Source of the DNA: Octopus sinensis
Taxonomy: Eukaryota
Assembly (NCBI RefSeq): GCF_006345805.1
Contig: NC_042998.1
Location: 205,778,001 to 205,842,000, forward strand
Direction of reading: 5' to 3'
Length of the DNA: 64,000 nucleotides
The notes under the pieces are model-generated. The model did no database searches. It worked only from the letters and a program-made list of their open reading frames with translations, and was not told where the DNA came from. Numbering within the stretch: position 1 is the stretch's first letter; every line of letters begins with the position of its first letter. Made by a program: the position numbers and the translations under genes. This document shows positions 10,887-22,886 of the stretch, piece by piece.

Positions 10887-11953
10887 CCCTTTCGTTACTA
10901 TATTTCTGACCAAAATACACCCCTTATGTGTTTCAATTAATTTCTAACATAATCATAAAGTTAGTCTGGTTTCATTAAACAACTATAACTTTTTTATTTA
11001 TCAATATATTAACGTGAATTTTGGAAGATAATTTAATGAAATGTTCTCCACCAATTCTAAACTATAATTTTTGTCACAAAGTGACTCTAATTGCAGGTAG
11101 ATACAGGTAAATTCAACAAAATATAAAATTATTAAAATTTTGTTCAAACGTCGCTATAGAAAATGGGTTATTAGCTAATATTCAATTGGGTATACAAAAA
11201 AATTTTATGATAGAATTTGTTATTCTGGGTAACTTTCTGATACCCATAATAATATTTATGGCAAAATAGTCTTAATTTCATTTAAGGTTGTGGGAAACCA
11301 CTAACTATCCTTTCTTTCGCTTTGTTTACATTTAGCGTAACGGTTCGTTTCCGCCGTAATGATTTCAAATAGGCTCATTCGAAAAAGTAAAAGAAATAGT
11401 CTAAGGCTTTACTCTTCTGGGAAAGTCTGTGGCTTGGTTCAGTTTCTTCAGAAAAATCACCGAAAGAAACAGTTTTAAAATTTTCACTTCATTCAGGTGC
11501 CAATTCATTTTCTTTATCGCTGTCGGAGCTCTCGGATTCACTGTTTTCACTTTCGGAAAATGAAACATCAGATTCATTATCACATACTTTTTTTTTCAGT
11601 CATAGAATTAGATTTATGAAGGTCTTCAGTAGAAAATCCTTCGAATTCTGACTCGCTGCTTGATATAATGAAATTTGTATCCATTTTTTGTCAGAATTAC
11701 AAATTTTGAAAACACAATAGGAACAAATTTCAGAAAAAAATCTCCCCAAATTCACGGAATTAGAATTACACTTTGATTGTTGTACAAAACTGTAGTTGAA
11801 CTGTTTACAAAGTATAATACGTGTTTTCACGAATGTACTAAAGAGATTTGCTCTGATATTCTCATTTAAATATGAATAGGTAAATACGGGCGGGTTTGGT
11901 CACATTAACCAAAATTTTTTCGGGCGGCTTTGGGCGGTTTGGTAACGAAAGGG
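10887..11953 (-). mobile_element. Internally deleted piggyBac element
   Basis: TTAA TSDs at 10883-86 and 11954-57; 12-bp perfect TIR CCCTTTCGTTAC. From minus-strand ATG 11684 it reads MDTNFIISSSESEFEGFSTEDL, then an acidic tract, then ALDYFF..FEIITAETNRYA..WFPTTLNEIK (piggyBac transposase N-terminus), with frameshifts. Confidence 0.9.
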
Positions 11954-12049
11954 TTAAAGTCAGTGACGCAAGCCAGAGTTATTCTCAAAGAAAGCATGTG
12001 GTGATAAATCATACTTTCATTTGCAGCCAGGTGTAACAGGATTTTTTTA

Positions 12050-12430
12050 GAAAACTAAACTTCTTCATACAATAACTGAGCACCTTTTCAAACTCCACCT
12101 GTCTAACACCCGTGGACATATTTACAAAGTCAGAAAACAGCACAGCTCCCATAACTTTAGGAAACATTTTTTCACGCTAAGAGTTGCTGAAGCATGGAAC
12201 AAACTGCCGGCATCAGTTGCTAGTTGTCGGAGCACTGCATCCTTCAAAACTTCCATGCTTCCTGAGATTCGCCAACACTACACCTGATTTTCTCCCCTCC
12301 ATACACACACAAGCATGTATCTGACTCATACATTGTTCGCTTTCCAGACATTTTTACATTACTGCATATGCTTTATATGCACTTTCTGACAAGTTGTGGT
12401 GCACCTGAGCACTGCATACAATAATTTCAT
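12050..12430 (+). mobile_element. CR1-type LINE 3' end
   Basis: Reads NTRGHIYKVRKQHSSHNFRKHFFTLRVAEAWNKLPASVASCRSTASFK, the characteristic CR1 ORF2 C-terminus (TRGH..FF..RV...WN.LP), followed by a 3' UTR. Confidence 0.85.
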
Positions 12431-13400
12431 TATATTATATATAAGAACAAGGATTGGAATTTTACCTCTAGGGAATAAGTATCCTACTCATTTTCTTTAT
12501 TTTGTTTTGTCTTTGGTAATACCGGATGAAAATTTAAGTTAGGATGTATTGTTTGTTTACATTCTGTTTAAACATTTACAAATTTGTTACAAGACCTTTT
12601 CTTCTGATCGCTATCGTTTTTCGTTGAACTTTTTCTTACAGCGATCTCTTTGTTTACATTCTATCTGAACAATTTACGATGGCGAATTTCCTATGAAACC
12701 TCTTTCTTGTCCACTATCGTTTTTCAACTTTATTTTTTTTTTTTTATATCAGCTCTCTCGATCTATACCTGTTACACATTCATATCTGTGTGTATACGTT
12801 GGCACACTTGTATAGAATACATCCCCACTTTTGGCACTATTTTGTTAGTGAACAATACAAACTGTGTAAAGTATATTATGTATTACTACGCTGAATGTAA
12901 CATGAAAGTAAATAAACACATAAACAATAACAATGGCTTTCATTTGGTTGTCTATCCCATTAGAACCCAAACTACACATAACAATACCTTTTGTTTTTCT
13001 CTTTCCTTCATATCTTCATTACCTGCTCCTCCCCTCTTTCATACCTCCCTCCTTTTCCCACTTCTCTCTCCCTCCCTTTGTCTCTCTTTCATATCTTCCT
13101 CTTTTTCTCATCTCTCCCTCCCTTTGTCTCTCTCTACATCTACTTCTGTTTTATACCTCCCACTTTTTGTCTTCTCTCCCTCCTTTACTTTGTCTATCTA
13201 CATCCCTCTCCTTCATATACTCTTCTCATTCTGTCTCTCCCTTTCCCTCACATCCTTCATTCTCTCTTTCTCTTCCCCTCTTCTGTCTCTCTATCGCTCC
13301 ATACCCACTTTCTCTTTCTTCATATCACCTTTCTTTCCTTCATATCTCCTCTTTCTCACTTCCTCTCTATCCCCTCCCCCTCTGGGCTCAAAAAACAAAG

Positions 13401-15700
13401 ATGGCACTAAAGTGGGAGAGCAAAGAACTGAATCTTCTGTTGCAAGTATAGACAATCACTAGCGGTGATCCGCCAAACAACACTATCACTGTTACATTGA
13501 AGAACAATGGCTTCTGTAGAACCCTTAAGCAGATAGAGCGGAAGAAAAATGAATTCATCCAATTCTATGCTCTTATTAGAGCACACATTGACACTCTTGA
13601 TGTCATCACGGAAAACTACTGTGGCAAGGCTTATAAGGATAGGGAAAACAAAGCAAAAACCAGAAGTCTCTTTGATCCAGTGGTTCCTCAAAAGAATGGA
13701 TTCCCCATCCCTGTGTACGACCAGGCTGATAGGGAAGCTAAAGAAGCAACAACCAGAAGTCCCTCAGTGCCACTGGTCCTACAAAGGAACACAGTCCTCC
13801 CCCATTGGACAACCAGAGGAACGCAAGTGCTACCACAAGAATAGGAAGGAAAGAACACGAGCACAAACATAAAGAAGGAAGGGGGGGAGGAAAAGGAAAA
13901 AATGAAATAACTAAAACCGAAACCCCAAACCACCAAACAAAAAACTCAAATATGGAGGCTCCAATGGAATCCGAAACCCTAGAGGAGAGAAGACATTTGG
14001 AGTGAACTCGAGGACCTGCAAGGCAAATGTTGGTATGGGGAAGACAGTAGAAACTGCCACTTGGTCACCCGAGATCCCACCAAAATACAGGGGCCTTAAT
14101 AGAAATACTTCCCTGAGGAAAGGCACCAATTACCTCCAAAGAAAAAACATAAATGTAGTGCTCTCTTCAGATGTTATACGCAAGGAAGCAGTTAAGCAAG
14201 AGTCTTTATTGTGCATGGCGCAAAAGATTGTGCAGCAGGTGACCTGGCTACATCAAGTGCAAACAAAGACTCTTGCCTGCCATTGCGAAAGATCACCACA
14301 ATCAACAGACATGGGATGGCCTCCATTAACGCCTGTACAGTCATCACGCCAGTATATTTTTACTAAATATTGGAGGCCTGTTGCATCACAACAAAAGCAA
14401 AATTTGTTTCCTGAGAGACCTTGCTGCATGCAATCAAGCCCTGTGCATAGCATTCGGGGAAATTCATCTGAGCTCTGATATAGAGAATGTAGAAGTACAC
14501 ATACCAAAATATACCATACTGTGAACAGACAGATGGGAAAGGAGCCGTGATGAAGTTGCTGTATACATCTGTGAAGACCTCGTGCCCCAGGTCTTACTGT
14601 CATACTCAGTTTCAGTATGTGACACTAATTGTATACATAAGACACCACAATATAGTCATATGCAATACACATTGCCCACTGGATTCTCCAAACCACATAG
14701 GCAAGGTTGAAGATTGCATCACAAGAATTAAAGAGATCCTCATGAAAATGGAACACCACGAGTGTATTTCTTATGGGTGATTTCAACTTCCCCAACGTCA
14801 AATAGCCCAATGGCCTCATGCTCTCAGGAATGACTCATTGCAAACAAGCACAGGTGGAGTCCCTGCTCAACCTCACCAATGCCCTATTTAATGGAGCAAG
14901 TTGTACTCAGACCAACTTGGGCGAATAACATTTTGGATCTCTGCTTTACAAACAATATGGACATTGTTCATGATGTGGAAGTGACACCAGCATTAGTTTT
15001 GGATCACAACATAATAGAGCTGTCTATGTATGGACCAAAAGTAGCCAGACATACAGCCTAAAGGAAGAACCCAAAATCTCTCCAATCTGAACTTCCACAA
15101 AGCAGACTGGAAATCGATCTGCAGACAGGACTGGCCAAAATGTCTCTCCACGCCAGACATTGGCATGAAACTAGAATATTTCACGTGTGTTATGCAAACC
15201 GTATGCCAGAAATATGTCCCATGGCGTAAGGCCAACACAAAAAGGAACAAGATTCCAAGGCAGCGAGAAGACCCTCATGAGACGACAGACAAAGGTTGCA
15301 AATCCCTTCAACCAACATTTCAAAGGTAGCAAAATGTCCTGCCTAAAAACAACACTGATGGAAATTGAAGAAAGCCTACAACAATCCTATGTGAGGGAAA
15401 TAGCAGACAAAGAAGCCTGAGTTATAAAAAACATTAAGTCAAACCCAAAGGCCTTCTTTCATTATGCCAAAGAAACAGCCTCAGTACACTGCAAGATAGG
15501 ACCCTCTTCCAAAAGGATAGCTTCCTCACAGACAGTCCAACCAGGATCAGTGAGGTACTGAATGACCAGTTCAAAAGTGTCTTTACCACTTCATTGGAAC
15601 ACAGACAAGTGAACGAACCAGTAGACTTCTTTGCCACCTCACTTATAACCAGCGAGGCAGTTACGATGGAATACATCGACCTTTTTGAAGACTGAAACAA
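13401..15700 (+). mobile_element. CR1/L2-group LINE 5' half (putative ORF1 plus AP endonuclease), degenerate, RT missing
   Basis: Endonuclease motifs FLMGDFNFPNV (~14770), ILDLCFTN and LDHNII (ORF 14879..15061), and post-EN KSNPKAFFHYAK (~15436). The ORF1 assignment and boundaries are approximate. Confidence 0.7.
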
Positions 15701-16389
15701 CAGACTGGGAAAGAAAATTATCAGGAATGTAGCTTGCATCAAGTGAGTTTCTCCAGTGCTCAGCTAGATCATATATATATATATACACATTAATTTTGTC
15801 CGTATGGTTTTAGCTTGCAGCCACTAACATTAATATCTCTCATGAGTATTAATGTTCTTTATATATCATCATCATCATCATTTTTATAAAAAATCGTATT
15901 CACTTAGTTTCCTTTTCTAAATGCAGCTTGAGCACTGAAACGAACACAGGCATTGATTGATGTGAGACATGAGTTTGTTACTAGCAGGATTGGCTGAAGA
16001 GAATCGTATTTTGGTACTAAATTCAAAATCATGCTATCAAGTTTACACTCATTCTTGCAATTTTGTATAGGTAAGGTGCAATCCTTATTTCACTTCGTTT
16101 ATTCCAACTATGCGTGTGAAAATTGCTGAGAGAAAAGCTGGACATAAGAAGCATCAGATGTGATGTGCAAGAGAGACGACTGCACTGGTCTGGTCATGTG
16201 TTGCATATGGATGAGGATGGAAGAGGCTAACAGTGGAGGGAACCTGTGCAAGAGGTAAACCCAGGAACTCATGGGATGAGGTGGTGAAGCACAACCTTCG
16301 AATGCTGGGCCTCACAGAGGAATGACAAGTGACTGAGACCTTTGGAGGCTGAAAAGATCTGGTGGAGTGTGAGGGAAACATAAGCTCTT

Positions 16390-16750
16390 ATAAATGTGTC
16401 CATACTGCAGAAAGGACTCCCTCCAATCTTCTCCGGTGGTGAAATGATTAAAGACTGTTTATTTATGGAAGATGGGGCTCTTTGTCACACGGCTAAAATC
16501 ATCCAAGATTGGTTGGAAGCATTAAAAAGCTTCCATGGCTAAACCAGTCACCAGATATGAACCCTATTGAAAACCTCTGGGGCATAATGGACAGGATACT
16601 TCATAAAAAGAACAAGAAAGCATCTTCAAAGCCAGATCTCCTGAAATAACTGCATGAAATTCCTCAAGAGAATATTCATCTTCTGATCTATAGCATGCCT
16701 AATAGGGTGCTTGCATTGAAAAATGCAATGGGCATGTCCCCTACATGCTA
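16390..16750 (+). mobile_element. Tc1-like transposase C-terminal fragment
   Basis: Reads FMEDGALCHTAKIIQDWLE..PWLNQSPDMNPIENLWGIMDR (DDE second D through SPDLNPIENLW). Confidence 0.8.
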
Positions 16751-16904
16751 GATATTCCTGTAATAATAAATAATTTCAGATTTAAATAAATTTTAATGAT
16801 TATAAGAGTGTCTATTTACTTGTCAGGTCTCTGTGAGTGTGTATGTATATATGTGTGTGTATATATATATATTTTTGTGTATATGTTTATATACATATAT
16901 ATCT

Positions 16905-17356
16905 ATATACACATACACTATACCATATGTGAGAATGAATAAGTGACCTCAAATCAGTAGGCACCCCACTGGTCATCTTTTGACAATTCACAACAATATT
17001 AACCACTCCAAACTATTCCATTTCTTTATTCTTAGACTTAGCTCTCATTCTTCCTCTGTTTATCAATTGTTATTAGTCTTATCTTTATTTCTATATTTCC
17101 CCCCCCCCTTCTTTTTTCTCCTTATACACACATGCTTTTGTATTTTTTTAAATATATTTTCCCTTTTTTGTGTATATATTCTTTTGAGTGTATACTTGTA
17201 AGACAACATTTTGTTGCTATTTAAGCAACCTGTAAAACACGTTTTTTCAATTTGAAAACAGTTGTTTGAAGCTTGAAACTCATACCAGAGTCATTCACTG
17301 TGAACAACATTATTATTAAAATTAAAATTATCAAAAAAAAAAAAAAAAAAAAAAAA
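16905..17356 (+). repeat. Dispersed repeat homologous to 5789-6330, ending in a ~24-nt poly(A)
   Basis: Collinear similarity with the inverted copy; ATTAAA motifs followed by an A-run at 17333-17356. Confidence 0.75.
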
Positions 17357-18129
17357 GAAGCCATCTGTACTCATTTTTTCAAACATACGCACATATAAAA
17401 TTATCAGAATCTGAAGTATTGGACAATTTAACAGCAGCTGGCCAGCCAAAAGATTGTACCAAACTCCAATATCTGGTTTTGCATAGTTTCTATGACAAGA
17501 TGTCCTTAATTCCAACAACTTTTCAGAGTGTACTGGATGCTTTTTCTGTGTCACTGGCACCAGTGAGTTTGCCAAATAACTTACAAGCCAAGAGCCTTCA
17601 ACTGAAGAGGCTGTAGTATTGAGGGAGGTAGCTTTATGCCAGGCAAGATGAGGGGTCAAAGTATGATAGAGAAACAAGTGTCTTGCTGACGGGGGGGGGG
17701 AGATACAGGGTCACCCCAGTTGGAAGGGAAGGTGGAGAAAATTAGAGGGTGGCAGGGAGGTATTACGTGGAAGCATATAGGATATGAAATGTGTGAGAGA
17801 GATGTACAGTGCTAGGGATGAAGTCAGAAGTACATAAGAGTGAAAATAGTGGGAGGGAGATAAAGGTAATAGGGGGTGGGGGGCTGTTGTGGGCAAGATA
17901 AGCATTCAATGGAAAATAAAGCGGTAAGGATGATACTGAGACTAAGGAAGTGGTTCTAAAGCAGATGAGAGGTAAAAGGATGAAGTATGTGTGATCTGAG
18001 TGAACAGTGCCATAGTCAAAGAGTGACGAAACGGTTGATGCTAGAATAAGGTGCAGGGGAGAGATTCATCAGGAACAGACTGGCTACAAGAGAATAAACA
18101 GAAATGATTTACTTTTAAGGTCATATATT

Positions 18130-19095
18130 TGCTTAGATGGACAGGTCTTCTCAATCATAATCCTTTGTCACCTCCTCCATGAAACTCACCACTTTGTCCC
18201 ACATTTTACTGGGTTACCCTCTTCTCCATGCACCTGTCCTCACAAATACACATCACAACAATATCAGCACAGTCTTCTTTCTTGCATACCATATTTGATG
18301 CCTCTTACGTCCATTTTCAATATTTTCACACTTTGTTGCACAAGCAGAATATGCTAGTCTCCACATGACCTCTGCATTCACAGCTCATATCTCACCGCCA
18401 TGTAGCACAGCTGCTTTTATACAAGCATCACACAATCTGCCTTTCACTCTGAAAGAAAGGCCTTTTGCTACCAACTGAGGTAACAGCTCTCCGAACTTTC
18501 TCCAGCCAGTTCTTATTCTTGCAGCTATGCTTTCAGAGCATCCTCCACCATTGCTAATTTGGCTGTCACCTAGGTAACAGAAACTATCTTCAACCACAAG
18601 AGAGCCTCCTGAGAATTCAAGGAAACCTTATTTCCTGAGCTCTTAGTCTTTATTGTTCCTGTACATCTGTCACACACAAAGTCTTCTTTCTCTGTTTACC
18701 TTCTTGTGATTTCACTGCACCTTTTATGTGGCCACAGTTGGCTTGGTTCACCATATGGAATTTCTGTTTATACCCTTTCTACATATTGAGCAGTGTCATT
18801 TACTTGAAGCAATTATAATACTGTCTATGTTCCTACTTACAAGAATTTTAGTCTCTGCTTACTTAATTTTAAGGCCCTTTGATTCCAGGTTTTGCTTCCA
18901 CACTTGGAGTCCCTTTATGCTGAGAACCTTATCCCTATAGCTGAATCTGTTGTAGAATTGGAAATTCCATCAGGCAACCAGTCTTACACTCCTCTATTGT
19001 GGGTTGGAGGACGATTATAAAGAAGAGGGCACTGAGAGCCGAGCCCATTGTAATACTCATTGCTATCTCTCACCTTACTGACAGCATCCTTGTAA
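18130..19095 (-). mobile_element. RTE LINE RT fragment, degenerate
   Basis: ORF 18385..18597 (VEDSFCYLGD..GGGCSESIAARIRTGWRKFGELLP..KGRLCDAC). Confidence 0.8.
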
Positions 19096-20155
19096 TTGAA
19101 GTATTGATATAGTTTGTTTTCAATTCATGGATAACATATTTCTGTTCAAGTTAACTGGGGTTTGACTATTCTTTTATAAGAACTTATAAAAATGGAAAGA
19201 TTTGAGAAGTTTATATTTACAAGAAACCACACGCATTTCTGTGAGTAATTTTTTTTATCTGTTAAAAGTATTTAAGGTTTTCTATAAAGTCTACAAGATT
19301 TTTTTCCCCCTGTGGATGTAGAAGCTGTTGCAATGATACTCTATTGCAGTCTAAAACTGATCCCTTTAGATTTTAGGCCCTTCATATCTGGGCATTTAAA
19401 AATGTCATAAGTCAGATTCTCCACGCTTTTGATTTTTCTTTTCTTTTCAGAACTTAAAATAAGGAATTACCCTTGGAAAAATTCACAACTGAGTAAACAA
19501 GCAAAATCTTGGAATTGTATTTTAGATTTAAACCCTCCAACATTTGTGCCCAGAGAATACTGCACTTGAATGTATTACATATAGAACCAATGTAATGCCT
19601 ATTGTTATCTGCCAACAAAATATTACTTTTATATATAACATTGTGCTTAATAGACAGCTTGCAGGGGATAATTGTTGGTTATTCCACAGTTGCAGGTCTG
19701 TAAAGTTTTGATTGAGAATTCCATAAGTTTGGAGTTGTTGAATTTTTCTTATCATTACTTATATTCTTTTATTCCTGTGTTAATGTTTATATTGTGAATA
19801 TTAGCATATTTTTATTATCAGAGCATATACAAGTCTTTGATAGGCTGTTTATCTGTCTACTAGAGAGTCAAAATTTATTTATCTGGCAAAGTATGCTTCT
19901 GCTTCTGCTGTTAGTGTAGTTTTAATTATTGAGACTCAAATTAGTTGTCTCACTGTTGACAGAATAGTTAGACTTATGATGTCTACTGTTAGGATTATTA
20001 TACTTATTATTAAAAGTTTAAGTGAAGTTAACGATCTCTGTGTGTTTCTGAATGGCTAATTTGCGTCTTCCACATTGTAGTTGCTTTAGCTTCAGCACAC
20101 AATCTCAGATCAAAACACTTGCTATGCAAGTATGTCTCTGTAAAAAGCTAATTAC

Positions 20156-20378
20156 CCCTTTAGCATCTAAACCGGCCACATCCGGCCCAAATATTCTACT
20201 GGTTTTATGCTCAAACTGGCCAGATCTGGCTTTGCACACTTATCCTACAATGTCATTCTAAGAATAAGCAATCACACCCTCAAAATTTCAATACTACAAT
20301 GTTTCTGCATGATTAATTCAAAACAATTTGATTACATAAGCTAATTACATTTGACAGAACAATCTGAATACTAAAGGG
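20156..20378 (+). mobile_element. TTAA-type (piggyBac-like) MITE, ~220 bp
   Basis: CCCTTTAGCAT...ATACTAAAGGG|TTAA; same family as 35204-35416 and 49707-49915. Confidence 0.8.
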
Positions 20379-21466
20379 TTAATAACTTGAATGTTTAATG
20401 GCTCATCTTCTCTATTCCAACTATTAACTAGAGACATTCTGCCACTGGGTGTAAGTTAAGATTTCCATCTAGATTAGGGTTTGTGACAGTATCTGTATGA
20501 GAGAGAGAGAGAGAGACAGTGTCATTTTCAGTGCAGGGTTTTTGATGTATTTGTTACTTTTTAAGAAGTTAACGTTATATGCTGGGAAGTGTAGGAGAAT
20601 TTTGCCATTTATCTTTTTGTTTGTCATTTTGACTGCGGCCATGCTGGAGCATTGCCTTAAAATAGGTTTGGTTAAATCTAATGCTTTTCTGTTGGGTTAA
20701 ATCGGTTAAATCTAATGTTCTTCTGAAGATATTGTGGTACTTATGGTTAGAAGGAAATATTTTGCTGAGAATAAGGTGCACAAATAGTTGTGTGATAAGA
20801 AGTTTGCTTCCCAAACATATGGTTCTGGGTTCAGTCCCACTGCGTGGCACATTAGGTAACTGTCTTCTGCAATAACATACACTGAAAGCTCTTTCATGGC
20901 ACAGGCACCAGTGAGGTTGGTATGCAGGCCAGAAAGGCTAAAATCTCTGTTCGAGTGTGTAGGGCTACTGTAGAGAGTGGGGAGGTGGCCTTATGTTGGA
21001 AATGAGGAGTGCCAATGTGAGGAGAGTGGTAGCAGAACAAAGCATGTCTTGTGCCGTAGAATGACAACAGCACAAAGTCTACTCACGTAAGAGAGTTAAA
21101 AGTGGCTGGGGGTGGAGCTGGAGAGAGAAATACAACTGGTAGTGATGAGGTGTTGGAGGGGGGGGCCCTCAAGATCAGAGGTGAGCAAAAGTGGGTAGAG
21201 GTACAAAAAAAGGTAGTATGGGTGGGTAGGTGGTAGAGGTTGCAAGAACTTATGGGAGTGTGAGAGATGGTTAGAAATAAGAAATGTGTGATGGGAAGAA
21301 TATAATGAAGAACAAGTGCTGAGGGACGATAAGTAGGGAATTGTAGGTGACAACTGTAGATTGATGGGTTTGGGGGAGGGAGGTAGAGGAAAGGAGAAGA
21401 CTAACAGTGGGGTACAGAAGGGTACAATTAATTTATGATTTTGTGCCCTAAGATGTCTGTGTTATA

Positions 21467-22190
21467 AGCCTTCAGCATTCAGTTTATTTCTCTGTCAAAT
21501 GTAATGCTTATTTATACACATATTATTCAAATCATCATCGTTTAACATCCGCTTTCCATGCTGGCATGGGTTGGATGGTTTGACTGAGGACTGGTGAACC
21601 AGGTGGCTGCACCAGGCTCCAATCTGATCTGGCAGAGTTTCTACAGCTGGATGCCCTTCCTAATGCCAACCACTCTGAGAGTGTAGTGGGTGCTTTTACG
21701 TGCCACCGGCACAAAGGCCAGTCAGGAGGTGGTGCTTGCAACAGCCACGCTCAAATGGTATCTTTTACGTGCCACCTGCACAGGAGCCAGTCCAGCGGCA
21801 CTGGCAATGACCTCGCTCGAATGTTGTTTTTCACATGCCACCAGCACAAGTGCCAGTAAGGCAACGCTGGTAACAATTACACTTGAATGGTACTTTTTAC
21901 ATGCCACTGGCACGGGAGCCAGTCAGTGGCCCTGGTAGCGATCACGCTTGGATGGAGCTCTTAGCACTCCACTGGCACGGATGCCAGTCATGTGGTTCAG
22001 TCATCGAATTTGATTTCAATTTCAATTATTTACGCATTATCTTGTAGATTTGAGATTTCAATTATGGTATTGTTTACTTTTAGTAAGATATTGTAGGATA
22101 TTGTGTGAAAGGATGGATCTGGTCAGTTTGAGCATTAGACAAGTAGAATATTTTGGTAGATAGGGGGCTGGCTTAAATGCTGAAGGGATA
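21467..22190 (-). mobile_element. TTAA MITE interrupted by an RTE 3' UTR (~21533-22010)
   Basis: The two flanking pieces join into the 220-bp MITE. The insert carries a (CAT)n tail and about five UTR repeat units. Confidence 0.7.
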
Positions 22191-22886
22191 AAAATGTTTT
22201 GATTGGATACCTACTACTTGTTGATCCTTATCTGAGTGTTGTATTTGTTTTTCAGGATCAGCTGTAAATCTAAGTTTAGTATTATGTATGGATGGTTTTT
22301 AGATTCCACTTTTTTGTCACTCTGGGAATGTGCATGGAATGGAGAGGTTCGCTGGTCTTCTACTCAATGCCATTCTTATCTTTTCCAGTGTCTCAATTTA
22401 ATATTCAGCACAGCTGTTAAAAATCTGTTCATTTGCCAAGAAATTCTATGAGAAAATATTTCAAACTACATTATCTATTACTGATTCAGGAGGACTGGAT
22501 AGTTGAGGCAGTGTAAACTGTCATTTCATCTGTGGTAAAGAAAACATAGGTTAATAGCTAGGTCTAAAGTAACGGAGAAAATTTACCTTTTTTGTGTTAA
22601 AGTTAGGTATTGGTGGCATTAGTGCTGAAAGAGAGAGAGAGATTAAAACTATGAAGAATCTAATTAGTCTTTTACAAAGTACATTTAAGAGGGAATGGTT
22701 ATAGTCTTTTATGCAATTAGTAGAGCATTGTCCTTGTATAATATATATATACACCCACACACATATATATGAGCTGTTTGGATGGCCATGGCAGGTATGT
22801 CTGATCATAGATCTGTCTGTTCATGGATGACCAGGGATTAAACAACATTGATTCCTTAAATACAAAAAGCATAAAATCTTACATTA

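Noticed and set aside
12650-13462. 270-aa, 172-aa and 139-aa overlapping ORFs
   Set aside because: C/T-rich low complexity leaves all three frames open (S/L/F/P-rich), with no domain signature.
19100-19790. Second Penelope GIY-YIG fragment on the minus strand
   Set aside because: Only a short resemblance (ENLTY..KCP); too decayed to list without a profile search.
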